DNA from: Candidatus Poribacteria bacterium
Lineage (GTDB): Bacteria > Poribacteria > WGA-4E > WGA-3G
Direction of reading: 5' to 3'
Assembly (NCBI GenBank): GCA_965205015.1
Contig: OZ242029.1
Span: 5,216,001-5,280,000 of the forward strand
DNA length: 64,000 nt
Below are positions 38,938 through 48,282 of this stretch, in pieces. Numbering within the stretch: position 1 is the first letter of the stretch; every line of letters begins with the position of its first letter. The position numbers and the translations under genes were made by a program. Below the pieces are notes generated by a model, which was given only the letters and a program-made list of their open reading frames with translations, did not search any database and was not told where the DNA came from.

Positions 38938-39453
38938 CTACCCTTTCAAAACTAAGGCAAGATTCCTTGGTTCGCCACATTTACGTCTCTTAATGGCAGC
39001 GTTTCTATTAAGGAAACGAACTTTAGCACGTTCGAGTTCGCGGAGTTCAAATCTGTCGATGCGTTTACCGTGGAACAGAGTAGGAACGCATGTGACTTCG
39101 AGCGTGCTGAGTGCCGCCTCCACCTCTTTGGGTAATTTTCCAAATAGTTCTGTGACGAAGTCAGCGCCGCTTTGCAGCTGGCCGGCTACTGTTGATGTTT
39201 TAAAAGTCCCACTTTTGAGTTCTATGAGGACAACAGCCAAATTCCTTTGAGAAGCATCCCCACAGAAGACGATATAATCACATCGTTTCGTGTCTATCTT
39301 ACGTTGTTCAAACTCACATTCAAGATTTACGATAACCCGGTCAGATGGAATATCCGTCAAATAGACTCGACATCCATCTCCACTACAGGATTTGCTAATG
39401 CATTCTTCATTTACCTGCTTCCCAATTGCTGCAAGAAGCTCTCTTAATCCCAC
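38938..39453 (-). CDS. Hypothetical protein with PD-(D/E)xK-like motif
   Basis: KRCDYIVF...VLIELKSG...QLQSG; 6 nt downstream of the ATPase. Confidence 0.65.
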   Translation of the reverse strand: MGLRELLAAIGKQVNEECISKSCSGDGCRVYLTDIPSDRVIVNLECEFEQRKIDTKRCDYIVFCGDASQRNLAVVLIELKSGTFKTSTVAGQLQSGADFVTELFGKLPKEVEAALSTLEVTCVPTLFHGKRIDRFELRELERAKVRFLNRNAAIKRRKCGEPRNLALVLKG

Positions 39454-39459
39454 TCGCTG

Positions 39460-40902
39460 CTACCTCCTACCAACTTCCTCAAGTAGATCTTGGAGGTTCA
39501 CAGAACGGTCGTAGAGTTTATAAGCCACATCTTCGTAATCTTTCGGTTCTATGCCTTCAGTGGGATCAAACGGAATAGATTTTACTCTCTCATCCTTTTG
39601 AAACCACCATGTTCCGACTTCTTCAGGCAATAGCCAATGTGTTGGTGACATCACTTCCACTTTTGGAACCCCTTTTCTCTTAAGGTCTCCTATCCGAATC
39701 AGATTCGCGATTTCTTTGAGCAGCCAATCGCTGTGGGTTGTCACAACCACACGCACACCGGCGCGGACTAAGCCCGCGAGGGTTAGTGCTATCTCAGTTT
39801 GTGCCCCCGGGTGCAAGTGTGCTTCCGGTTCCTCAATGATAAGCGTATCGCCAGGACGAATCCCACCACGGAGAAAAAGCACAACAGGAGCAAGTTCAGA
39901 CACCATGGATGCTGTGCGTGTAAGACGCATATCCTCTTTTGTTTCTTGTGGCCGATAGAGAAATTCTGGATATCCACTTGGTGTAGGTTTTATAAGTATC
40001 TGTCCCGCGAGCACGTCAGATTCTATGGCTCCGGCAAGGCGTGTTATTTCTTTCTCAGGTGCTTGGGATTCTTCATAGAGGATAAGTTGTTGCATAAAGT
40101 CTGCAACGATTCCTGAGAACGTTGGAATTTCCAATGGCGTGAGACCTCCACGCGTCGCACGCTCGACCAGTGAGCTCGCAATCACCCGGTGACTCTGCAT
40201 AATACCACTTCGGGCAGCTGGTAGATAGAATCTTTTTTCTCGATGTTTGTCTAATTCAATAGCGGCCCAGAAAAATAAATCATCAATGTCAAGTTCCTTA
40301 TGTGAGTGTGAGATCAACGAATCTTTGTCGTAAATCATTAAATCTTCGTTGATTGAACCGCGTGCCACAAGATTTGATTCGCAGCCCTCCAGCTTGAAAT
40401 CCCATAGGCACAGGTTTTCCCTCTTGACTTCCAGAGAGATATTCATCTCACGACGTTGACCGTTTTTTAAGCGAATCAATTCTGTAATTGAATTTAAGTC
40501 AAAGCAGCGCTTGAGCTCGTTCGCTGTGATTTCTGGATCCTTGAGGTCTGACTCTAAGCTGGCACGAATTTCTGGTGGCAAATCTGAAAACTTAATAGAT
40601 TCATTAGATGTGTTTAGTTTTTTGAGAATTGAGCGAATCGCATTCCAATTCTGATTTAACAAGTCATTGAAACCGTGTATACCTAAGCGTTTGAATCGCC
40701 CTGGGAATTTTGAGTGTCCTGTAAAAACGCCGTCTAACGCATAGATAAGCGTGGAGAAATAGGTCTTTCCTGTGTTGCTCGGGCCTACAAACACTGTCAA
40801 CGGACACAGATCAATTTTGGCTTCTGCAATCGGACCGAAATTCTTAACAGCGATTTCAACATTTGGGTGTTTAAGCGTTTCAGGCGTTTTTGTTTGGGTC
40901 AT
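39460..40902 (-). CDS. ABC-like AAA ATPase (AAA_15/AAA_21 type)
   Basis: VKNFGPI, GPSNTGKT Walker A, YLPAARSG, ASMVSE signature, IIEEPEAHLHP, TTHS. Confidence 0.9.
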   Translation of the reverse strand: MTQTKTPETLKHPNVEIAVKNFGPIAEAKIDLCPLTVFVGPSNTGKTYFSTLIYALDGVFTGHSKFPGRFKRLGIHGFNDLLNQNWNAIRSILKKLNTSNESIKFSDLPPEIRASLESDLKDPEITANELKRCFDLNSITELIRLKNGQRREMNISLEVKRENLCLWDFKLEGCESNLVARGSINEDLMIYDKDSLISHSHKELDIDDLFFWAAIELDKHREKRFYLPAARSGIMQSHRVIASSLVERATRGGLTPLEIPTFSGIVADFMQQLILYEESQAPEKEITRLAGAIESDVLAGQILIKPTPSGYPEFLYRPQETKEDMRLTRTASMVSELAPVVLFLRGGIRPGDTLIIEEPEAHLHPGAQTEIALTLAGLVRAGVRVVVTTHSDWLLKEIANLIRIGDLKRKGVPKVEVMSPTHWLLPEEVGTWWFQKDERVKSIPFDPTEGIEPKDYEDVAYKLYDRSVNLQDLLEEVGRR

Positions 40903-41975
40903 TGGAATTTCTCCCTATTTTCTCTGTGAAATGCCTGAACAGCGTCAACGAGTTTATCTGCACCGAACCGCACGACATCCGTTGCAGGTAACCCCGTCTC
41001 TGCCTCCGCTTGACGAACCGCCTCGCGTGCTTCATCTTCAGACAAATCAAAGCAATTCAAAGCGAGTCCAATCACTTTAGCAGGTTTTATCGGTGCCGCC
41101 ATCGCTTCATACTGTGCTATCATCTCAGGAACCGAGGGCAACGGCACTGTATACCGAGCAACCGTATCCCGCGAGGGTTGATGACAGAATATCATCGCAT
41201 CGGGGAGGCTGCCGTGGAGCAGGCTTAACGTTACACCGGAATACCCTGGATGAACGAGTGAACCCTGTCCTTCAACGATAAGCAGTGAGTGATCTTCCGC
41301 ACCCGCAAGCACAATCTGCTCGGCGGCACCGGCGGTGAAATCAGAGACGACTGCATCGATCGCGATACCCCAGCCCCAAACCATAATCCCATTTTGTCCC
41401 GTTGGACAGAATTCGGCATCCAAACCGCGCTCGCGTGCCGCACGTGTGACCTCTATACCGGATAGCATTTTACCGACGCGGCAATCTGAACCCACGGTGA
41501 GGATCACTGTAGCATTGACATCATCGGCTTTACACGTCGCGACGGGTAAGTTGGCAGGCGGTTTCCGGGCATCCCATAACAGGACATCGTGTGCCGCGGC
41601 GAGTTCTACGAGTTCTGGGTCCTCACTCAGGAATTGGTGCAAGCCACTCATAATATGGAGTCGATTGTGTATCGCTTCGTGGAGGATTGCACGCCAAGCA
41701 TGCGGCAACTCGCCGCCGGGGGGTGCAATGCCGATAGCAAGCATCGTCGGCTCGAATTGCATCGCCTCGGCGAGATCCCGGACAATCGGTATACCTTCCC
41801 CGATCTCGATAATTTCGCTGGTATCTCGTCCCGCGTTTTCACTGTCGATAACTGCGACAACGTTTTCAGGGAGATAGCGAACTAAGACCGTAGCGGTTTT
41901 CGATTCGAGGATACCGAACGAACCTTCAGCAAGAATCGCGATTCTGTGTGATTTCGGTTGTAATTGCTTTACCAT
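40899..41975 (-). CDS. DUF1611 family P-loop protein (DgcN-like)
   Basis: KTA, GIAPPGG, SGLH, GSDCRVGKM, TGQNG, EGQGSLVHPGYSGVTLSLLHGS. Confidence 0.88.
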   Translation of the reverse strand: MVKQLQPKSHRIAILAEGSFGILESKTATVLVRYLPENVVAVIDSENAGRDTSEIIEIGEGIPIVRDLAEAMQFEPTMLAIGIAPPGGELPHAWRAILHEAIHNRLHIMSGLHQFLSEDPELVELAAAHDVLLWDARKPPANLPVATCKADDVNATVILTVGSDCRVGKMLSGIEVTRAARERGLDAEFCPTGQNGIMVWGWGIAIDAVVSDFTAGAAEQIVLAGAEDHSLLIVEGQGSLVHPGYSGVTLSLLHGSLPDAMIFCHQPSRDTVARYTVPLPSVPEMIAQYEAMAAPIKPAKVIGLALNCFDLSEDEAREAVRQAEAETGLPATDVVRFGADKLVDAVQAFHRENREKFQ

Positions 41976-42249
41976 TTTTTAGCCATTGTTTCGCTCAGGA
42001 TAAGATACACTTGTAGACTTGATGCGTTGCGATTGTCCTTAGTGATAAGTTGGCTTTCTTCTTGGTCATCAAAGCGCATAGCCCGCAAGGAATAATTAAA
42101 AATTAGCACAAATCGAAATCAATTTCAAATAAAGTTTAATGAAATATTTCGGTAATCATAGAGGGGTAATTCTCACGCAAAGGGGACATCCAATCACAGC
42201 AAATCGGTAGATCACAGTTCAGACAATTACCCTTGACAACTGACAACTC

Positions 42250-43128
42250 CTAAAGAAATTGCCGGAGATACCTACCACCGAGGGCGAAGCCGTCTAACCC
42301 AGGGGCACCGCGGTCCTCATTTTCAACACACAAAACATAGTCATAACCAGATTCCTGCAGCGCCCCAGTGATCGTTCCCCAATTCAATTGTCCGCGCCCG
42401 GGTACCCGATATTGCCACCACCAGTTCCCGATGATGCCCTGCCGAAACTTCATCTGAGGACTAATTTCGCAATCCTTTACATCGGCGTAATACCACTTGC
42501 CGTTGAACATGCGAATTGCGTCCTCAGCGGGTAGGATACCCATCCAGAGCCAGTGCGACGGATCGCAGGAGAGTCCGAGCGAATCCGACGGAATCGCGTC
42601 AAGGATCCGTTCCCACATTTCAGGATTACAGGCGATGTTGCCCATGCGGACGGCGCAATCCAGCGCAAGCTGCACGCCTTTCTCTTCGGCGAAACGGACG
42701 ACAGGGGTCCACATCTCTTTAAAGCGCCCGACGAGTTCAACCGACCTGTCTCCTGGATTGCCCGGTTCTGAAGAGAACTGCCCATAAAAATGCCAACCCA
42801 CGGGACTGCCAGCGTAGGTGACCACTACAGGGCCTCCGAGGATATGTGTCGCTTCAATGGCTTGCATCAATGTATCGCGCGCATTTTCTCGTGTTTCTGG
42901 ATCATCGTCGAGTAGGTTGCAATGTGCCGTTAAGGCGGCGAGATAGATGCCGTGGGCATCCAAAATTTCCTTGACGGCTTCGCCACCAGATTGTATAATG
43001 GCACTCGGTTCGACAACGCCGGTGGCGTTCGGACGGATGGCGTCAAATCCGTTGGTTTTTGCCCACTCGGCGCATTCGGCAAGGCTCCACCCGCCGTTGC
43101 CTGCGCTCGTGCTGAAACTTAAATCCAT
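42250..43128 (-). CDS. Sugar phosphate isomerase/epimerase (xylose isomerase-like TIM barrel)
   Basis: GLSCDPSH, DVKD, RVPGRGQLNW, GYDYVLCVENED; AAGGA before the ATG at 43128. Confidence 0.85.
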   Translation of the reverse strand: MDLSFSTSAGNGGWSLAECAEWAKTNGFDAIRPNATGVVEPSAIIQSGGEAVKEILDAHGIYLAALTAHCNLLDDDPETRENARDTLMQAIEATHILGGPVVVTYAGSPVGWHFYGQFSSEPGNPGDRSVELVGRFKEMWTPVVRFAEEKGVQLALDCAVRMGNIACNPEMWERILDAIPSDSLGLSCDPSHWLWMGILPAEDAIRMFNGKWYYADVKDCEISPQMKFRQGIIGNWWWQYRVPGRGQLNWGTITGALQESGYDYVLCVENEDRGAPGLDGFALGGRYLRQFL

Positions 43129-43164
43129 AGTCTTTTCCTTTTTTATTCGGAGGCTTTCTACATA

Positions 43165-43842
43165 ATGCAAATTCTATGTGAAGGCAATATTACTGAAAAA
43201 CTGTTTACACTCTATAATCAATTGCTCGCACAACACGGGAACCGTAAATGGTGGCCCGCAGACACTCCGTTTGAAGTGGCACTCGGTGCGATTCTAACAC
43301 AAGCGACTTCATGGCGCAACGTCGAAAAAGCGATGGACAATCTCAAAGATGCCGGGGTTTTTACCCCTGAGGAGATAGCATCTATCAGCCAATCCGCGTT
43401 GGAGCGACTCATCCGACCCTCACGCTACTTTCGGATGAAGGCGCAAAAAGTGCGGGCATTTGTAGATTATATCGCAGATCGTCCCATGCACGTGATGTTT
43501 ACGCAAGATGTCCCTAAGTTGCGTGAAGAACTGCTCTCCATCTACGGTGTCGGTCCCGAAACGGCGGATACAATAATACTCTACGCTGCTGGTAAACCGA
43601 GTTTTGTGGTTGATTCCTATACCTATAGACTCTTTTCGCGGTTGGGATGGGTTGCAGGGAGATATAACTATGACAAACTCCGTGCGCTGTTTATGGACAA
43701 CCTTCCTCACGATGTTGATCTGTTCAACGAATACCATGCGCTGATTGTTGGTCACGGCGCAAGGGTCTGCCACAAGAAGACACCGAACTGTCAGGAGTGT
43801 CGTTTGCAGGCATCGTGTGCATATTATCAATCATCTGAATAG
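43165..43842 (+). CDS. HhH-GPD endonuclease III-related DNA glycosylase
   Basis: WWPADTPFEV, GAILTQ, GVGPETAD, VVDSYT, C-terminal C-x6-C-x2-C-x5-C cluster. Confidence 0.9.
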   Translation: MQILCEGNITEKLFTLYNQLLAQHGNRKWWPADTPFEVALGAILTQATSWRNVEKAMDNLKDAGVFTPEEIASISQSALERLIRPSRYFRMKAQKVRAFVDYIADRPMHVMFTQDVPKLREELLSIYGVGPETADTIILYAAGKPSFVVDSYTYRLFSRLGWVAGRYNYDKLRALFMDNLPHDVDLFNEYHALIVGHGARVCHKKTPNCQECRLQASCAYYQSSE

Positions 43843-43860
43843 AAATTTTCTGTGTAGACG

Positions 43861-45879
43861 TTACTCGGTAGGTTGCTGAAGTTTTTCAAAGAAATCTGCT
43901 TCTTTCAAAATTGGGATATCCAGTTCTACGGCTTTGGTGTATTTGCTACCGGCACCTTCCCCAGCGATAAGGTAATCCGTCTTACGCGTTACGCTCGATG
44001 TAACCCTGCCACCGCGACGCTTAATCTCGTTCGATGCTTCGCCACGCGTCATACCCGCAAGACTCCCCGTGACAACGAATGTCTTTCCGCGAAAGAAGCC
44101 ATTTGCCACGAGGCGCGCTTCCGTGCGGTGAGAGGCTGCTGCTACGGTGAAACAGTGCAAGCCTGCCGCTCGTAGTTTATCAAGCAACGGTTTATTCTGT
44201 GAGAAGAATTTGAAAACGCTTTTCGCTATCTGTGGACCGATGCCTCTTACCGATTCAATCTCCTCTTGGGATGCCGTGCTGAGCGCATCTAAGGATGGGA
44301 ATTGTTCAATGAGCAGCTCCGCAACAGTCTCGCCGACATGAAGAATACCGAGTCCGAAAAGGAGTTTTTCTGCCGGGACCGCCTTGCTCTGTTCAATCTG
44401 GTAGACAAGGTTGCCTGCGGACGGGACACCCATCCGCTCCAGTTTGCTTAACGGTTTTACCTCCAGTGCATAAAGATCGGCAACGTCGCCGACCAGTTCT
44501 GTATCCACCAGTTGGTCAATAGTCGCAGGACCGAGACCTTCGATTTGGAGGGCATCGCGCGAGGCGTAATGGGCAATACGGCGTTTCAGTTGTGCGACGC
44601 ATGCCACATTCACGCACCGAACCGCAACTTCTTCCTCCGTGCGTTGGACGGGGGTACCGCATGCCGGACACCGCTCCGGAAATTCAAAAGGATCTTCGCG
44701 ATCAGTTTGGTCGGCTGTGAGCACCTCAACAACTTTAGGAATAACATCTCCTGCACGCTCAAGCACAATCCGATCGCCGATACGGATGTCTTTCGTTTGG
44801 ATCTCTTGCGCGTTGTGTAAGGTGGCGTTTGTAATTGTCGCGCCAGCGAGGATTACGGGTTTCAAGATTGCAACCGGTGTTAGGACACCCGTGCGTCCAA
44901 CCTGCACATCTATCTTTTCGATGGTTGTGATGGCTTGCTGCGCGTTGAACTTATAGGCGACTGCCCACCGCGGGTATTTGGAGGTTGTCCCAAGTTCATG
45001 CTGTTGGGAAAAATTGTTAACCTTTACGACGATTCCATCGGTCTCGTAACGGAGTTCATGGCGTTCTTCTACCCAGCGTTCGTAGTAGGCTTGAACGGCT
45101 TCAATCGATTGATGGTAACCAGTGTATGGATTACATTTGAGTCCCCAAGCCTTCATATTTTCGAGGGACTCTGTATGGGTCGTGAATTCGGTTCCCTCGG
45201 CGTAGTTGAGGGTGTACACGAAAATATCTAACGGACGGGATGCCGTTATGGAAGCGTCTAAGAGTCGCAGGGAGCCAGCGGCGGCGTTACGAGGGTTGGC
45301 AAACGGCAATTCGCCTTCTGTTTCCCGTTGGGTGTTAATGTCGTCGAGACAATCCTTGGGAAGGAAAACTTCACCGCGGACTTCTAACAGCGGCGGCACG
45401 GGTGTTTCCGTTTCAACAAGCCGCAATGGAACCGAACGGATGGTTCGTAGGTTGTCGGTTACATCTTCGCCGTACTCGCCGTCTCCGCGCGTGAGACCTT
45501 GTGTGAAGACACCGCTTTCGTAAATTAACGAAACCCCCAACCCGTCGATTTTGAGTTCTGTGACGTATTCGACGGGTGCCCCTTCTAACAACCTGTCAAT
45601 GCGTTCGGCGAATTCCCGCAGCTCGTTCTCGTCGTAACTGTTATTCAGACTCAGCATAGGGCTACGGTGTTGTAGACGGGTGCCTAATACAGCACCACCC
45701 CCAACCCGTTGCGTCGGCGAATCTGGCGGAATAGGTGCTTCAGTCGCTGCTTCGAGTGCCTCAAGTTTCCTCATGAGCGCGTCGAAATCCGCATCAGAAA
45801 TTTTTGGCAGGTTTTCGATATAGTATTTGCGCTCATGATAACGTATCAACGCTCTCAGTTCATCGATCTCTGTTCGCAT
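43861..45879 (-). CDS. ligA: NAD-dependent DNA ligase
   Basis: ELKIDG, TRGDG, NPRNAAAGSLR, VGRTG, zinc finger, HhH and BRCT domains. Confidence 0.98.
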   Translation of the reverse strand: MRTEIDELRALIRYHERKYYIENLPKISDADFDALMRKLEALEAATEAPIPPDSPTQRVGGGAVLGTRLQHRSPMLSLNNSYDENELREFAERIDRLLEGAPVEYVTELKIDGLGVSLIYESGVFTQGLTRGDGEYGEDVTDNLRTIRSVPLRLVETETPVPPLLEVRGEVFLPKDCLDDINTQRETEGELPFANPRNAAAGSLRLLDASITASRPLDIFVYTLNYAEGTEFTTHTESLENMKAWGLKCNPYTGYHQSIEAVQAYYERWVEERHELRYETDGIVVKVNNFSQQHELGTTSKYPRWAVAYKFNAQQAITTIEKIDVQVGRTGVLTPVAILKPVILAGATITNATLHNAQEIQTKDIRIGDRIVLERAGDVIPKVVEVLTADQTDREDPFEFPERCPACGTPVQRTEEEVAVRCVNVACVAQLKRRIAHYASRDALQIEGLGPATIDQLVDTELVGDVADLYALEVKPLSKLERMGVPSAGNLVYQIEQSKAVPAEKLLFGLGILHVGETVAELLIEQFPSLDALSTASQEEIESVRGIGPQIAKSVFKFFSQNKPLLDKLRAAGLHCFTVAAASHRTEARLVANGFFRGKTFVVTGSLAGMTRGEASNEIKRRGGRVTSSVTRKTDYLIAGEGAGSKYTKAVELDIPILKEADFFEKLQQPTE

Positions 45880-45956
45880 AACACCTTATCCAGTTTTAGA
45901 GGGAGCCTCTGAAAATTTTTAGCAACCTGGACCGGTCGCAAATACATCTATTTGCG

Positions 45957-47387
45957 TCACTGTGTATGTGCTGATAAATCGCTTGCGATCGTTAAGCGTC
46001 TCTGACGTGTGAAGGTGCGTGGCCGCGTGAATCCTTCACCTGTCGGTCCCGCGATCGTCATCGCGAGGTAGCCTTCACCTTCTAATCCACAAGACGCGTA
46101 AGAGGGGGCGTTAATGACCGTAACGCTGCAGTCTATTGCCTTTGTGAACTGTGTGATGCGTTTGGTGTTGTTTGTGTGGAGCACGCCGGTGTGTCCACGT
46201 CCACCTTCTGCTCTGACGGCGCCTGCCAATGCCTCGTCGAAGTCGCGGCAACGAACGACGGGCAGAATCGGCATCAGGTATTCGTTAAGGACGAACCCAT
46301 GATCCGCTGGCACTTCAACAACGATCGCGACTGTCTGTGCAGGGGCTGTGATACCGGCGGCGTTTAAAATGGTCAGCGCATCTTTACCGATGTATTCCTT
46401 ATTCGATTCCTCTTTTTCCGTGACAACCGCCTCTAATGCCTGAAGTTGGCTTGCACCGAGGAGATGCCCGCCATTTTGTGTTAACTCCCGAACCGTTTCG
46501 TTTGCTACCGAATCGATAACGAAGAGTGCTTTTTCGCCGATACAGAGCAAATTGTTGTCAAAACTCGTGCCTGCGATGACATGTTTCGCTGCCTGCTGAA
46601 TATCCGCGGTTTCGTCAATAATCGCAGGCGGATTGCCAGGTCCAGCGGCGATCGTCTTTTTCCCACTTGAGAGGGCAGTCCGGACGACGGACGCACCACC
46701 CGTCGCAACGAGCATAGCGATCTCAGGATGCTCCATGATCTCCTTCGCTGTTCGTAGGCTGGCGTTTGCAACCGAGGTGAGCAGGTTGGCGGGACCCCCT
46801 GCCTTGACGATTGCTTCGTTGATAACGTGCATCGTTTCTTCAGTACAATCGCGTGCGTTTGGATGCGGGCTGAACACAACGGCGTTCCCTGCTGACAACA
46901 TTATAATCGCGTGGTTAATCACCGTTGATGTTGGATTCGTGGTAGGGGTAATCGAGTTAATAACGCCAAAAGGGACATATTCGATGAGAAGCGTTCCAGC
47001 ATCCCCCGATACCGCCTCGGAGTGCAGATCCTCCACCCCCGGTGAGAGTGTTACGGCTCCCTCATTCTTCATCACCTTATGGGCGGCGTTCCCCATATTT
47101 GTGTCTTGTACTGCCAAATCCGCGAGACGTTCAGCGTTGGCGAGCGATACCGCTTTGATCGCTTCGATGATCTCGCGTCTTTTCGCGAACCCAAGTTTGA
47201 CGAGTGCCGCTTGTGCTGTTTTTGCCGCTGCGATGGCCTCTGCTACTGTTCCAAAAACGCCGGCTCGCGAGGAGGAACCCGGCGCCGCGGACGTAACAGG
47301 CTGCGTCGCGACTGTTCCGTCTTGTTGGAGTGTCTTTAATACTTGGGATACAATCTCTTCAATCTGTTTTTCGTCAATTTGTGCCAT
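45957..47387 (-). CDS. BMC-associated CoA-acylating aldehyde dehydrogenase (EutE/PduP family) with N-terminal encapsulation peptide
   Basis: PTTNPT, ATGG, AGPGNPP, SFDNNLLCIGEK, GPTGEG..RTFTRQRR; N-terminal amphipathic helix IDEKQIEEIVSQVLKTL. Confidence 0.92.
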   Translation of the reverse strand: MAQIDEKQIEEIVSQVLKTLQQDGTVATQPVTSAAPGSSSRAGVFGTVAEAIAAAKTAQAALVKLGFAKRREIIEAIKAVSLANAERLADLAVQDTNMGNAAHKVMKNEGAVTLSPGVEDLHSEAVSGDAGTLLIEYVPFGVINSITPTTNPTSTVINHAIIMLSAGNAVVFSPHPNARDCTEETMHVINEAIVKAGGPANLLTSVANASLRTAKEIMEHPEIAMLVATGGASVVRTALSSGKKTIAAGPGNPPAIIDETADIQQAAKHVIAGTSFDNNLLCIGEKALFVIDSVANETVRELTQNGGHLLGASQLQALEAVVTEKEESNKEYIGKDALTILNAAGITAPAQTVAIVVEVPADHGFVLNEYLMPILPVVRCRDFDEALAGAVRAEGGRGHTGVLHTNNTKRITQFTKAIDCSVTVINAPSYASCGLEGEGYLAMTIAGPTGEGFTRPRTFTRQRRLTIASDLSAHTQ

Positions 47388-47490
47388 TCAGCCCTCCAAT
47401 ACCTCATTGCGCAGGCACGCTACGGGAACACGTACGAAAACCACAGATATAGATCCTGTGGCAGTGCAATGTGTTCTCTGCTAAAACGGT

Positions 47491-47527
47491 GTAGGGCTGA
47501 GGTACGTAAAGTCATCCCTCACCCTAC
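47491..47527. repeat. GTAGGG...CCCTAC palindrome between the BMC-H and aldehyde dehydrogenase genes
   Basis: gtagggctgagg...cctcaccctac. Confidence 0.6.
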
Positions 47528-47539
47528 AAGGTCGCCGAT

Positions 47540-47839
47540 TTATTTGCTACTACTCTTGGCGGAAGAATCCCCGCCGAGTATGCCTTCCACATCTGAATGT
47601 GGGCGAGGGATGACGTGCACCGACACTAATTCGCCGACTGCTTTCGCCGCTTCCGCGCCAGCATCTGTCGCGGCTTGCACCGCACCGACGTCCCCACGGA
47701 CCAAAACAGTGACGAAACCGCCACCTACCTGTTCTTTGCCAACCAGCTTGACGTTTGCAGCTTTCACCATGGTGTCAGCAGCTTCGACCGCACCAACGAG
47801 TCCGCGTGTTTCAACCATTCCTAATGCTTCATTGCTCAT
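47540..47839 (-). CDS. Bacterial microcompartment hexamer shell protein (BMC-H, EutM/PduA/CcmK family)
   Basis: [35 protein letters not shown]. Confidence 0.96.
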   Translation of the reverse strand: MSNEALGMVETRGLVGAVEAADTMVKAANVKLVGKEQVGGGFVTVLVRGDVGAVQAATDAGAEAAKAVGELVSVHVIPRPHSDVEGILGGDSSAKSSSK

Positions 47840-47983
47840 GTAACTAAGCTCCTTATCTGTGAAAAAGTAGAATGCAAGACACCGTGCAGCGCACCCCCGA
47901 TGTCAATGTGCCCATCTCTGTTTGCCAGGGTGCTATAATCTCGGTACACCCGGTGTCCCCTTAATCAAATATGCTCCTTAATA

Positions 47984-48012
47984 ATGATACTACAAAATCC
48001 GCATTTCTGCAA
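47984..48012 (-). promoter_or_regulatory. Putative promoter for the BMC operon
   Basis: Minus strand TTGCAG-17 bp-TATCAT. Confidence 0.45.
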
Positions 48013-48088
48013 GTCAAATTTTTCATGGAATCAGAATAGATGGCTCGGTTTAATCCTCTGTATTTTTCAATTTTATATTGACTTTTAC

Positions 48089-48117
48089 TTGACTTTTAAT
48101 CGGAAATCTGCTAAAAT
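48089..48117 (+). promoter_or_regulatory. Sigma70-type promoter for the citrate synthase-like/icd genes
   Basis: TTGACT-17 bp-TAAAAT with TG extension; a TTGACTTTTA direct repeat overlaps the -35. Confidence 0.75.
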
Positions 48118-48282
48118 ATATTAAAGTATTAACGAGAGTCGATCAGAATTTTTCTAAACGGAATCTGAAGCACTGCAGTGTCCTATCCCGTGAAGGGTGG
48201 TTGCGTGGATTCGGACGAATTAAATTTCGGAGAAACTGAAGACGAAAATTTCTACTAAATAGTCAACGAAGGAGAATTCATT

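Noticed and set aside
46633-47484. 283-aa plus-strand ORF
   Set aside because: Antisense shadow of the aldehyde dehydrogenase gene with no motifs. The same applies to most short overlapping ORFs in the track.
48130-48250. Glycine riboswitch (GAGA/CUGAAG-like words)
   Set aside because: Lacks the CUCUCAGG/CUUUCAGG core and the tandem architecture, and the gene context does not fit.
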